This document shows, in pieces, positions 43,431 through 54,889 of a stretch of DNA of 64,000 nucleotides. Position numbers and translations under genes: made by a program. Below the pieces are notes generated by a model. That model ran no database searches, was not told the DNA's origin, and saw only the letters and a list, made by a program, of their open reading frames with translations. The stretch lies in the IMG/VR virus record IMGVR_UViG_3300044701_001468; one strand, 5' to 3'. Position 1 is the stretch's first letter, and each line of letters opens with the position of its first letter. This stretch comes from a virus.

Positions 43431-46400
43431 AGTTTGTTGTGTATTATTTCAATACATTGATTCCATTTATAAGAGTTTGTGTCATGCTCTTTTGGCAACC
43501 ATTCTTCAACAGCATCCACAATCTCGTCACATATATCAATAGAGAAACCAAGTTTGTTTCTCATCACACTCCACAATGATTCAGTCATAGGGCACCTGCA
43601 CATCCTTCTTCCATACATCAGTAAAGCACAACCATGGCTCCTCTTTGTGTGACATTTCTGCCATCCAATGCTGACCATTCTCATCAATCGCATCCAAGTA
43701 ATGAATGCGAGTCTTAGGGTCAATCGTGCGAGTCACATACACAAACTTTACTTTATTCATTTCCTATCACCCCATAGTTGCTCAAAATGCTTACCATCTC
43801 TACCACAATACATCTCAAAATCTCTGGCATTTTCACAACTTTGACTTTTTTTGTCTCCAGTTATAAAATCACCAGTTACGATGGGATTATAGCACCGATC
43901 AAGTGAGTTATTCCCAAAAAGATGACCTAACCAACTTTTCCTATAGTAGAGACAATCTTTACATAGTTTTCGTTGTTCAGAAGTCATACTTCACCTCTGT
44001 TTCTTTCATACGAAGCAGGAAACTATCGTCACCAATGTCACCACTGTAGAGATAATCAATATGCTTCATAATCTCTGCCATCTTACGCAGTTTGGGGATT
44101 TGCTCCTGTAAAACATCAATCACATCAGGGTCGTGGTTGGGATACCATTCACAACCATAAGTGCGATCTTCATTCCTTTCCTTACCATTATTCTCAATCT
44201 CTACTTCCAACTCATCAGCAAATTGTGAGACCTTGTAATAGTCGTAATCTCCAAAGTGTCCGCCGCTCATTTCATTTCCTCGTATTCGTCAATCTTTTCG
44301 TTGATAAATCCAGTCATATCAATGGTGTATGGATTTGTGCCCTCAATCTCACAATCAAGGAGAAACTCCATAACAGCACCAAGGATCAGACATGCTTTAC
44401 GCTTATCATCCATTGGTTGAGCAATGTAGTGAACAATGTGGTCGTAGAGTTCATCGTAAGTCATTGGTAGTCCTCATCATCAAAAGTAAAGTATTCGTAG
44501 ATAGCAGACATCACAGCTTCGTCAATCCTTTCCATAACGGCACTTGGCAAAGGATTCTCTACATGTTTGTGTGCAAGATGCCAACCACGACGCACACCTT
44601 CTTCAATCGCCATCTCTAAGATGACACGAGTTTTAGCTTTCATTCTTCATCCTCCACAACTGCCCAACGATTTAGTGCCTCACGGATAGTTTTCCTAACT
44701 TCAGGATAAAGATTGTAATACCCTCCAATCTCATCCCAAAGTTCATCAATTTGTTTATCAGTGGGAATGTTAGTCATTCGATTACCTCTTTGATTTCAGA
44801 AATGATTTCCCAGTGTGCATCAGATTTGTCACCGAAACGATTAGTTCCAGTGCGAGTGCTGACCCACATAAAGTATTTGCGATTCTCTGATGCTAAGAAT
44901 AACTCACCACCAGTATCCTGTTCTACAATACAAACAGGATTGCCCTCCATGATGTTAGCAAAACGATTCTTTGCCTTGCTGCTTTTGGGTTTTACGATAA
45001 CCTTTCTCATTTTGCAACAAGCAACAGAATAGCAATAACGACAAAAGCAAGAATAAGAGTAATCCACAAGGGAGACAATACCCACACCCAAGGCCAGGAA
45101 ATGACTCCAGCAAGTTTCAAACCAATAAACAGAATGGTGAGCATACCAGTGAAACCAATACCACCACCAGAAGAAGAGTTGTTGTTAGCCATGTAGATGC
45201 TTAAGCAGTTCGGGGAAGTTTGCTTTACCATGTAATAATACCCCACCCACCACGCACATGTCAAGTAGGAAGAGTATTAGTAAAAATAATGTGATGTATA
45301 ACTTATCCTTATCAGACGGGTTCATGGATACCTGCCGACAATCTCAATAGTATATCTTATCTGTCCACCAAATCCAGTAAATGAGTTATCTACTTGTGCC
45401 GAAATAGATGATACACATGCTTTTCCGTTTGCCACATCATTTATCACCTTGCACATTTGCTTTTCCATTTCTGTGACTTGTGGCAACCGAAATGTGTTTG
45501 GATTAACAGATGATGTAGTTTTGCCGTTACTAATCAGTGCATCGGGTTTGAAATAGCTGCCATCCATACTGATAGCACCATTGTTTATAGTGGCGGCAGG
45601 AATGACAAATGCACCACTATCCATGATTTCTGACCCACCATTGATAGTTAATGATGGTTTTGGTGGATTTACATTGATAATATCATCTGCCATACTTCCA
45701 AGCAGTCCAGATGATGTGTATCTTTCCTTCATCTCTTTGATGGATAGAGGCGGCTTTTTTTCTTCTACGACTTCTTCTTTCTTCTCACCGTAGATTTCTT
45801 CAAATTTTTGAATAAGCGGGTTTGTCATTGATATGATTCTCCATAACGATGATATCTTTCAAAGTTGCGTGGTGCTGATGTCAGAAAATCACAGCGAATC
45901 TCAAACCACTTCCAGCGGAATGAGAATCCTGTGAGTGATCTACTACCGAAGCTAATCAGCAGCATAGGGAATATTTCTGTAGCAGGATAATCATCCCACT
46001 GAATGACAACATCCATCAATGCGAAATGTGGATACCATCCAAGCAGTTGAAAATACCATTCGTGCCCAAAGTCTTCGTAGTGGTAGTAGTTGAAGAGTTT
46101 CATTCTGCTAACCTCAGTTTGCGCTCGGGTGAAGGGATATGTATACGATATGCATCATCATACGGATAGACATATTCATAATACCAACCTACATTGATGG
46201 TCTCCCAGAACTCTTTCATTCCCCAGTAATCACCAGCATTATAGGCTTCAAGGGCACTGCAGATATAGCGGAATCCTTCAATGAAGTCTTCCCATTTGCT
46301 TTCTTTAAACCTCATGGCGTTTCATCACTCCAATAATATCTCAGTTGGTCTCCAGTGATATTCAAATGATAAATCTTACCATCTTGTCCATAAACACCAA

Positions 46401-48850
46401 TCCACAGTGCTCGTTCGTTCATACTTTCCAGGTGAAACAACTTCACCTCTTCCAGTACAATTTCATCAGGGTTTTCAGTCCAATTTACTAATTTAGTCAT
46501 GAGTAATTAACGTGTAGATGTGATTGCCATGTGAATGCAGGTTGATCACATCGATGTACTTGAACTTTTACATGATTTGGTATCAGTTCAGCATACTTTT
46601 CCATGAACTCTTCTTCAGTCAGTTCATCGCAACCACGCAAGTAATGATCATCAGGTACAAACTTTGCGAATCGTTCATACTCACGGTCTCGATCAATTAA
46701 TTGATAGTTACGGCAAATTTGTAGCCAATACGATCTACCCTCACCAGTGGCAAAATAATCAATCGCAAAGAAACGATAGAATGGTTTGTCAGTCATAAGT
46801 GGAAAATAGAAATACTTTAATTGTTTGTCCGTCATCTTGAAGACTTACCTGAACATTAGAGCATTCATATCGGACAAACTCTCTGCCATTATCAGTAATA
46901 ACTTCAACACGGGTAACATCTGGATAATTCTTCAGAAAGTCTCCATTTGGTTGTTGTATGTCTTCAGTCATTCAGTTTTGCCTCCAGTTTCTCAATCCTA
47001 TTCATAAGTTCTGTGATAATGTGTATCAAAGAACGATAATCAATTGATTCCGTATCATCACCATTCTCCATATCAATATAATTTGAATAGAGAAGTTCTT
47101 GTGTAAGGTTTCGTTCAGTCATTGTTTTGTCTCACTCGTTCAAGAAACTTGGTTGCTTGATTGTCTAATTGTTCGATCAGATCTTCAATATCACTGATAG
47201 AAATATGAGTGTATTCATCATTCAGATATTCACAACGCAGGGCATCAATCATGGATTGAAGAGTAATCATTTGTGTGTGCTCTGGTGTAATGGGTGTGCC
47301 GTGAGGCAATCCAGCACATTCCATATTGTAGTAATCATTATATCGTTGTAGAACACGATTACTTTTTTCTCTACGTTCTGCCTCTTCAAGCATTTCTTCG
47401 TGTTTCATAGCTCACCTCAAAACATACTGAATTAAATTTACCTTTAATGCCTCTAAGTTCTATTTTAGTATGCTGAGAGTGAACATGCACATGCTCAACA
47501 TAGTATTTGTCACCAACTATTAGAATACCAGTGGGGTCGGTATTATTTCCCCACTGAACTTGTTCTCTACTACAACCAAGAAACTTTACTGTGTTTCCTA
47601 CTCTGATTTTATCCATTAATGCCCACCCAAGATTAGGCCAAGTATCTCTATATATTTGATTGAGACGCTCGTTGCCGTAATCGATCATCTTGGTTGTTCT
47701 TTTGTTTGCGTATACGCACAATCATACAATTCGTTAAGTATTTCATTACACTCATGGTATTGTTTACTATCATGAATACATTTATCAATTTGATAACGAC
47801 GGACAGAAGTAAAAATTAATTTATATTGTTCAGGTGTGAAGTTCATAAGTAGGCGGATGATATTTTAGATATTCATAAAATGTAAGTTTCATTTCTTTCT
47901 TTGACATGCCACAATGCTTTGCTGCTGCTGGTAATGTCATTTTGGCATGAAACAATGCTTCGTTTGCTTCTTTAACATTTTGTGGAGTTGTCTTAACTGG
48001 AATATCTACCAAAGATAATAGTGGCATTATTAAAAAAACCAAATTTGAATAAGTTTTACTGCTTCTACAATAGCAAAAAAGGCACGAATTGTCAAGATAT
48101 CCCACATTCTCATTTTCTGAAAATGTGGCCAAGACATTGCATTACCTATCATTCTACAATAGATACCAACTTCAACATTCGTAAATAGAATAACAATATA
48201 TCCCACCACAAACATCATATTACCAACTACTCTCAACCAACTAAGAATAGGATAGTTGGGATCTATAAATCTATATTGATTCAATCAGTTGCCCTCCATT
48301 GTGCAACTTTTGTGCGAACAGATTGAAACTCTTCAACATGCTGAAGAATACGATGTGCTGCTTCTTTTGCAGTTTCTTGGTCATCTTCATTCCAACTGGA
48401 AACTTCAGTCCAAACGTAATAGATTTCATCGATAATGGAATCTACGAGTTTATCATAATGAGTCATTTAATTACCTCCAGTTGACGCTTGAGCGCCTGTT
48501 TACGAGCTTTTGCCTGACGCAGCATCTGAGGTTTCAGAGTACGTTTTGCTTCTTTTTTAGAATGATGCTGCCAGTTGGGCGTGGTCATTGTTCTATCCTT
48601 TTATGATTATATAGGACTATTGAAAAGTAGGACAAGTGAAGTAAGAAACTTCATCACCTTCTTCTGCAGTTCCCCACTCATGAAACTCTTGGCACAGAGC
48701 GAAGATATCAGCGTCACGTCCACCCATCTTGTCAAGGATTTCGAAACGTGCCTCTACATATTCAATAATATTTTCAACAACTTTTTCAACGTCGTCAGAT
48801 TCGATCATAGGAACAACGCCGTCGTCGCCGTAGTCGATGATGCCTTTCAT
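43412..48850 (-). CDS. Block of about 20 small hypothetical genes
   Basis: Abutting ORFs include 43412-43588, 43581-43760, 43757-43987, 43977-44270, 44267-44464, 44461-44643, 44640-44777, 44774-45010, 45007-45192 (membrane), 45322-45828, 45825-46103, 46100-46315, 46312-46500, 46497-46835, 46789-46971, 46964-47122, 47115-47408, 47386-47688, 47685-47846, 47830-48027, 48030-48284, 48281-48466, 48463-48588, 48617-48850. Promoters lie at 45235-45264 and 48878-48906 (TTGACA-17-TACACT). Confidence 0.6.
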
Positions 48851-48902
48851 GAGAGGGGTCTTTTTGAGTACAGAGTCAGTGTAGCACCCCCGTCAACCCC
48901 TG

Positions 48903-49274
48903 TCAAGCCCCCTCGGCAGGTTCCTCGTCTGGCGGGAATAGTCTTTCGTTTTCAAATACACTATTACCATTTTCATCAAAAATGTGAACATAAACATAAT
49001 ATTCATCATCCATTTCACCTTTAAATGGGAACCACTCTTCAGCTTTCTGAATAGCAGCCATGGCATTGTTGACAAAAATATAATTATGTAGAGATCCTTT
49101 TACACCTGCAAAAATTTCTGGAGGTAATACATTATTATAATGAGTCCAAACCTCGTTAATTTTATCTACATCTTTAGATTGATCAAGACCAACTGGTTTG
49201 AAATAAAGTAAAGCTTTTCCAGCATTTCTTGCTGCTTGTTCTAAAAGATCAATGAATGAAAATACTTCGTGCAT
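48903..49274 (-). CDS. Hypothetical protein
   Basis: 123 aa, translationally coupled to the upstream oxygenase (shared base at 49274). Confidence 0.75.
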   Translation of the reverse strand: MHEVFSFIDLLEQAARNAGKALLYFKPVGLDQSKDVDKINEVWTHYNNVLPPEIFAGVKGSLHNYIFVNNAMAAIQKAEEWFPFKGEMDDEYYVYVHIFDENGNSVFENERLFPPDEEPAEGA

Positions 49275-49945
49275 TATTGTAACCCCTCGTAATTACCAAA
49301 TTGTCTTTTAAGTTGAAATTTAAGATTTAAAATGCCTTCATATACTTCTGGCATTTCCGTTAGCAATCTGTCATTGTATTTATCCCACAGAACATGCAAT
49401 TCCGAATGCATATTTCTGATGACTGCATTTTGAATGGAAGATTCAATCCAAAACACTATAACTTTTCTCGAACCTTTGGTGACTTCATTAACTTTATGTC
49501 TTAATCCAGTTGGATAAACAATTAATTTACCCGCTTCTGGTTTAAATTTGAGTTCTTGATTACCTACCATAATACATAATTCTCCACCTTCATATTCATC
49601 TGGAGAAGATAGAAAACAAGTAGCACTATAATCTGTTCTAGTTCCCGACATCAAATAGTGATCATTATGAAATCCATAATGCATACCTTCATCATATTTC
49701 AAAAAATAGATTGAACCAAACTTTCTTACACTGAGTAGATCACTCAAATACATATCATCACAAAGACATTTCAAAAACAAACCAGAAGCTGCTTGGTAGT
49801 GTTCATCAACCACCATTTGCTTGTTGTTTTTGACATTCTTGGATCTAGGTCCAGAGAACTTTCCATCTTGAAAGTTTGAAAACTCATAAAAATTCAAAAA
49901 ATGACGTACTTTAGTGTCATTTAAAAAATCAAGTTCATAAATCAT
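49274..49945 (-). CDS. 2OG-Fe(II) oxygenase (PKHD/PiuC-like)
   Basis: HxD (FHND), DYSATCFLS.PDEYEGGEL, YPTGLRHKV and GSRKVIVFWIES. Confidence 0.9.
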   Translation of the reverse strand: MIYELDFLNDTKVRHFLNFYEFSNFQDGKFSGPRSKNVKNNKQMVVDEHYQAASGLFLKCLCDDMYLSDLLSVRKFGSIYFLKYDEGMHYGFHNDHYLMSGTRTDYSATCFLSSPDEYEGGELCIMVGNQELKFKPEAGKLIVYPTGLRHKVNEVTKGSRKVIVFWIESSIQNAVIRNMHSELHVLWDKYNDRLLTEMPEVYEGILNLKFQLKRQFGNYEGLQ

Positions 49946-49951
49946 ATAATT

Positions 49952-50884
49952 TTATTCAGTAGGAGGGGTTTCTGCGTCTTGGTGATATTGTTGGAATTCT
50001 GATAGTTCTTTATCAATCATAGCATCCAGAGCAACAGGATTTGTGTTTACAAATGGTACTAGATTTTGAGCAGGCAATTCATAAGTCATATCAATCTTCT
50101 TCATTGCATTGTCAAGAAGTTTTCTTGCATTTTCATAATTAAGATCTTCAACATTTCCAATGCCTTCGAGGATAGATGGTAGACCAAGATGCTCAAGGAA
50201 TCTAATCAATTTGAGTTTTGCTTGAACAACTGCTTTACTTTCAAACTGATCTGGTGTTGACAAATATTCTGGTCTTGTTTCCGAATCTGGGAAGTAAATA
50301 AAATATTCTTTTGGTCCCATAGGAAACTCCACCTTCAAGGTGTTAGTTTCCCAATCTGGATGATCACTCATATCTCTAAGATATTGGCGATACTTGAACC
50401 ACATTTCCTTTTCACCTTCATTCTTGAAAGTTACATCAGGAAGAACTGCCCAATCGCTAGCAGCAAGATACTGATTACGCATGTTAAGAACATTTTGCTG
50501 ATAAACAGTATTTGCTTCTTCTGCTTGCTGTTTTACTTCCTCAAGGATTCTTCTATAATCACTAATTTTTATATTTTCATACGCTCTCATACATGCAGAG
50601 AAAGCATGTCTTGCATCCTCTGGTGTTGCTTCCACGAAAGTATATACTCTTTCTACACTTTCTCTAATTCTATAGTCATATACTTGCTTTTTCTTTTCAC
50701 AGAGAAAAGATCCATCGTTATAGTATTCAAATAAAATTATAGCATCTTTATCAGAATGCCAAAATTCTCCAAGATCTTCGTAAAGATCATTTAGATCTTT
50801 CTCGTTAATCTTAATTGCTTTACCACCATAGTAAATAATGCTTTCGGAAAGCAATAACTGCAACAATAGAGTCTTTTCTTCCAT
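49952..50884 (-). CDS. Protein with a phage tail assembly chaperone domain
   Basis: RNQYLAASDWAVLPDV...WFKYRQYLRDM...FP motif. Confidence 0.75.
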   Translation of the reverse strand: MEEKTLLLQLLLSESIIYYGGKAIKINEKDLNDLYEDLGEFWHSDKDAIILFEYYNDGSFLCEKKKQVYDYRIRESVERVYTFVEATPEDARHAFSACMRAYENIKISDYRRILEEVKQQAEEANTVYQQNVLNMRNQYLAASDWAVLPDVTFKNEGEKEMWFKYRQYLRDMSDHPDWETNTLKVEFPMGPKEYFIYFPDSETRPEYLSTPDQFESKAVVQAKLKLIRFLEHLGLPSILEGIGNVEDLNYENARKLLDNAMKKIDMTYELPAQNLVPFVNTNPVALDAMIDKELSEFQQYHQDAETPPTE

Positions 50885-50893
50885 TTTTTTTGC

Positions 50894-51553
50894 TTATCCT
50901 CTAGGAACTTTGATGTACCAACCCGTCAAAACATATTTATCTTCAGAATAAACTGTTAATCCTCTATGAACATGGGTCATACCTGCTGGCCAAACAACAC
51001 AGGTTCCAGCCTTTGGTTGTATTCTTGTTTTTTGATATAAGAATTCTGTTTCGCCTTCATTTTCTGGAAGATCATTTAGGTAGATCATCCAAACCAATTC
51101 TCTTTGAGCATGATGATACGATCCTGCTTCATAATGCCAAACGTGATACCCACCGCAGGGAGGAGTTCTTTGCATTTTGATATCAGTAGATACCATAGGA
51201 ACACCAGCCAATTGACCATATTGTTCAATATAATGCAAAAAACATGCTTGAAGGTATTGATTAACTTCAGATGATAATTGATCGTTATGATAGTTTAAAA
51301 GAATACTAGTGTCCTTTCTACCAAGATTTTTTGTGGAAAATTGCTGTTTTCCATCCATTAAAGTATCTAAAACACTAGGTCCATCACTTTGTTGATGAAT
51401 AGAATTTGTAGACGCATCAGTATCAACTACTGCGTTAAAATATTTGATTAATTTTTCACAAACAAATTTAGGAACATGATTTTCCCAAACCCCGATAAAA
51501 TCCTGAAAGTCGCCTTTCATCAATTCAATAGGTTTAATAGGCACAATTGACAT
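50894..51553 (-). CDS. 2OG-Fe(II) oxygenase
   Basis: GGYHVWHYE, WMIYLNDL...GETEFLYQ, WPAGMTHVHRG and KYVLTGW. Confidence 0.9.
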   Translation of the reverse strand: MSIVPIKPIELMKGDFQDFIGVWENHVPKFVCEKLIKYFNAVVDTDASTNSIHQQSDGPSVLDTLMDGKQQFSTKNLGRKDTSILLNYHNDQLSSEVNQYLQACFLHYIEQYGQLAGVPMVSTDIKMQRTPPCGGYHVWHYEAGSYHHAQRELVWMIYLNDLPENEGETEFLYQKTRIQPKAGTCVVWPAGMTHVHRGLTVYSEDKYVLTGWYIKVPRG

Positions 51554-51570
51554 AAATTACTCCAAAAAAA

Positions 51571-52878
51571 TTATATGGCTTTGATGAGATATTTATTCCT
51601 GTGATAAGGTTGCATCATAGGCAAAGTTTCGGCACTTGTCAAGTTCATCGAAAGTCTAGAATCAAATAATGTTCTAGAACTAGAAGACATAACAAAAGAT
51701 CCTTGATTCATTTCCATTCCCGCTTGAGAAAGTGGAATAATTTTAGTTACTGTGTTATCCAAATCAGTTGCAGCATTGGCACCTGGAGAATAGGAAGCAG
51801 ATTGTGCTCCAAGATTGCCACCAAATTCATCATGCCCCCATGTAGCAGAGTTTGGTCCAACAATGCTAAGTTTATGTGTATGTTTTCTTAGCGGTTGACT
51901 AACTCCTGGATTAGTAAATGTAACAGATGGAGCAGAAGTATATCCAGCACCAGCAAAAGTGATGGTGACAGAAGTTACCGAACCACCGCTGATATTAACC
52001 GAAGCAATAGGACTAGACCCACCCGCTGGAGGATCACTAAAAATAATGGAAGGAGCAATAGTGTATCCAGATCCTCCACTATTAACAGTAACACTGCCAA
52101 CTCCTCCACCAGATAGATTAGCGGTTCCAGTAGCAACAGACGTACCAGCTGCTCCCTGAACAACCCTATTGTATGTCACAATAGTTTGATCGTTCAACGC
52201 CTGCCATACTGGAATTTTATCATTTACTGGACCTGGACCACCATCAGCTGTACTACCAGCAGTAGCACTATTAACTCTTCTACAATGTGTCAAAGAGTGT
52301 GTATGTGGTGGGGCTTGATAAACACCAGCTTGTTTTAGTGGTCCAAGTACCTGAGTGATATTACCACTAATATTTGCAGTAACATCAGCAATTGCCGTAT
52401 CAAATCCAGAAGTTCTGTATGTTCCGATATCAAAAGTATCGTCTTGGGTTGGATTGAGCTGTCTTAAACTATCAATTACATATTGACCACCCCTAGATCC
52501 TGGTATGTTAATACTGGCAGTAGATCCTCCACCTGGAGCGGTTGATGGCGATAATCCTGGACTAGATGTTGAGTTGCCATCAACTACACCAGTTCCACAT
52601 ACATACCTACCTCTATAATTCGGTAGATTGAATGTTCCAACATAATTTGGATAAGATCCAGTAACAGTACCACCATAACTGGTTCCTATTACTTGATACA
52701 ATGCATAGTATTGATTTGGATTTAATGCAGATCCATCACATTCCAAATACCCAGGATATCTTGACGAAATCTGCCAATCATCACTACCACTAGACCACCC
52801 AGATGGTTTAGCTATACAAATTACTGTGCCTATTGCAGCACCACTCTTCTGAATCTGTTGTGAGTAATACTTTGGCAT
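51571..52878 (-). CDS. Tail-collar-domain fibre protein
   Basis: GYLECDGS...YYALYQVIGTSYGG...FNLPNYRG collar domain, HTH repeats and C-terminal PYHRNKYLIKA. Confidence 0.85.
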   Translation of the reverse strand: MPKYYSQQIQKSGAAIGTVICIAKPSGWSSGSDDWQISSRYPGYLECDGSALNPNQYYALYQVIGTSYGGTVTGSYPNYVGTFNLPNYRGRYVCGTGVVDGNSTSSPGLSPSTAPGGGSTASINIPGSRGGQYVIDSLRQLNPTQDDTFDIGTYRTSGFDTAIADVTANISGNITQVLGPLKQAGVYQAPPHTHSLTHCRRVNSATAGSTADGGPGPVNDKIPVWQALNDQTIVTYNRVVQGAAGTSVATGTANLSGGGVGSVTVNSGGSGYTIAPSIIFSDPPAGGSSPIASVNISGGSVTSVTITFAGAGYTSAPSVTFTNPGVSQPLRKHTHKLSIVGPNSATWGHDEFGGNLGAQSASYSPGANAATDLDNTVTKIIPLSQAGMEMNQGSFVMSSSSRTLFDSRLSMNLTSAETLPMMQPYHRNKYLIKAI

Positions 52879-52880
52879 GG

Positions 52881-53792
52881 TTAGTACTTGATTAGATATT
52901 CTACTAAAATGAATGGAGGTTGAAGATCGTTCATGACTTCGGTATTATCAATTCTTAACGTAACATTGGTAACTATGTTTTCGGCACTTATATTAAAAGT
53001 TGGTATGTTGCCATTAATTGATCTACTAGGATTACCTCTTTCAATAACATGATCATGAGCCGTATCATTTAAAGTTAGTCCAGTTGACGGAACAATACTA
53101 GTAGCGGCTTCTACACCCCAAATATCTTTTTGTGAATATCCACCACCAGTATCAGCATCACCACTAACAATTTTACTGGTGGGATCTTCAATACTAGCAG
53201 TATTAGAGAAGTGAGCATGTGGAAGAAAAGTATCATTTGGAACTGTGTTGCTACTAGTAGCAGAGTTAATTGTTATACTAAAATTACCACTAAATGCAAC
53301 TGCTCTTCCTGGAGCAATAAAAAATCCAGTAGAACCAGCGGTATTTCCCTGGTAACTCATTTGGGCAGTTACAGTATTTCCTGTTCCTAAATTAGAACTT
53401 AATTCCGTAGCAATACCAACTCTTCTATTTTGTGTGCCGACAGTATTGTTGTTAAAAACAGCAGAATAAGTACCACTTTGAGCACCAGCTCGAACATATT
53501 TTGACCCCAGATCAGGTAATTGGAATTGTCCTCCAGTTCCATCCTCATTTGCTTCCTGCAAGGTAATATATGGTTTTCTGTAAATACTATCAGCACCAAC
53601 ACCAAGAACAGCTTTTAAATCTGGATATAAATCTCCATTCACAACACTACCATCACACCTCAGATAACCAGCTGGTATTTTACTTGTCCAACTCGAAGAA
53701 GCGGGATCTTTTCCATTTAATTCGACAGGAAATGGATAGATCGTACCAACTGCTCCACCAAATTTTCCTTTTTCGAAAGAATAGTTTCTCAT
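52881..53792 (-). CDS. Tail-collar-domain fibre protein
   Basis: PAGYLRCDGS...YPDLKAVLG...FQLPDLGSKY and C-terminal QPPFILVEYLIKY. Confidence 0.85.
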   Translation of the reverse strand: MRNYSFEKGKFGGAVGTIYPFPVELNGKDPASSSWTSKIPAGYLRCDGSVVNGDLYPDLKAVLGVGADSIYRKPYITLQEANEDGTGGQFQLPDLGSKYVRAGAQSGTYSAVFNNNTVGTQNRRVGIATELSSNLGTGNTVTAQMSYQGNTAGSTGFFIAPGRAVAFSGNFSITINSATSSNTVPNDTFLPHAHFSNTASIEDPTSKIVSGDADTGGGYSQKDIWGVEAATSIVPSTGLTLNDTAHDHVIERGNPSRSINGNIPTFNISAENIVTNVTLRIDNTEVMNDLQPPFILVEYLIKY

Positions 53793-53793
53793 T

Positions 53794-54888
53794 TTAGTAT
53801 GCCTTTATAATATATGTTGTTGTTACCGAAGCAGTTTCAACATCAGCATTATAAGAAAGAACACTTTGATTATTTGCATTTGCTGGAGTTACATTTCCAG
53901 TTTGAATATCAGAAATTGTTACAGCAGTTGGAGATCTGAATCCTCCCATGTTAATACTATAGTTAATATCGGCATGACTATGCCCAGTTAACTGAGTAGT
54001 ACCAGCATTCACCCCACCCCAATTATAAAAAGTTCCACTTAAAGTAGTTGGCCAATTATAAGGATCTGTTTGCAACACAGTATCATCACTACTACCCAAC
54101 CAGTTTTTTGGAGCTGCATTAATACGTGGAGGACTATTTGTATTAACTGGACCACTAGCATTGAACGAACGTTCATTACCACTTCCACCTAATGGAAAAC
54201 CACCAAGCAAAGAGTTTTTATATAATGCGTTCACATTATTAGATGTCCAATTCAATTCACATGCATATGTTGTAATAGTAGCACAGCAGTCAGCCCAACC
54301 AAAAGGTCCACAACCATTGAAAGGACCATTAACAGCACCATTTTGACAAGACTCAATTTGAGGAGAGTTTTGTTTAGATACCGAACTATATCCACCACTA
54401 TGACTATGACTTGCTGTGTGCATGTCACCCAATTTTCTTTCGGCAATAATTACAGATTCAAAAATTGCTGGTGGATTCGGCGTGACATCAGAAATGACTC
54501 CACTATATCCAGCAGTAGAAGAAATATTATTATCAATAGCACCAACTAAATCAATTGTAGAAGTATAATTAGTGTTATTTGCATTTGCGCTATCATTACC
54601 AACTAAAGCGGTGAAAACTGAAGATGTTCCAGCTGGAATGTATGCAGTATCATTTTTAAAATCTACAAGCGCCTTAGCACCAATATCTGGCAATCTAAAT
54701 GTTCCCGTACCAGACCCATATGTAGTACCAATAGTAGAATAAAGTAACGGAAATTCAGTATTATTTTTGTAAGTTCCATCACAAAGTAACCATCCTTTAG
54801 GAATCTGAGTTAATGCACCAGACCAGGGGATGATAGTACCTATTGCCATCCCCTTCATCGATTTAATTCTATTATAATTAACCGACAT
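53794..54888 (-). CDS. Tail-collar-domain fibre protein
   Basis: GTIIPWSG...PKGWLLCDG...FPLLYSTIGTTYG...FRLPD, HSH motifs and C-terminal TTYIIKAY. Confidence 0.85.
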   Translation of the reverse strand: MSVNYNRIKSMKGMAIGTIIPWSGALTQIPKGWLLCDGTYKNNTEFPLLYSTIGTTYGSGTGTFRLPDIGAKALVDFKNDTAYIPAGTSSVFTALVGNDSANANNTNYTSTIDLVGAIDNNISSTAGYSGVISDVTPNPPAIFESVIIAERKLGDMHTASHSHSGGYSSVSKQNSPQIESCQNGAVNGPFNGCGPFGWADCCATITTYACELNWTSNNVNALYKNSLLGGFPLGGSGNERSFNASGPVNTNSPPRINAAPKNWLGSSDDTVLQTDPYNWPTTLSGTFYNWGGVNAGTTQLTGHSHADINYSINMGGFRSPTAVTISDIQTGNVTPANANNQSVLSYNADVETASVTTTYIIKAY

Positions 54889-54889
54889 A

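Noticed and set aside
27-51340. Single TGTGGAAAA matches at 27-35 and 51332-51340
   Set aside because: They are isolated and inside coding sequence, so I treat them as background for the DnaA-box cluster.
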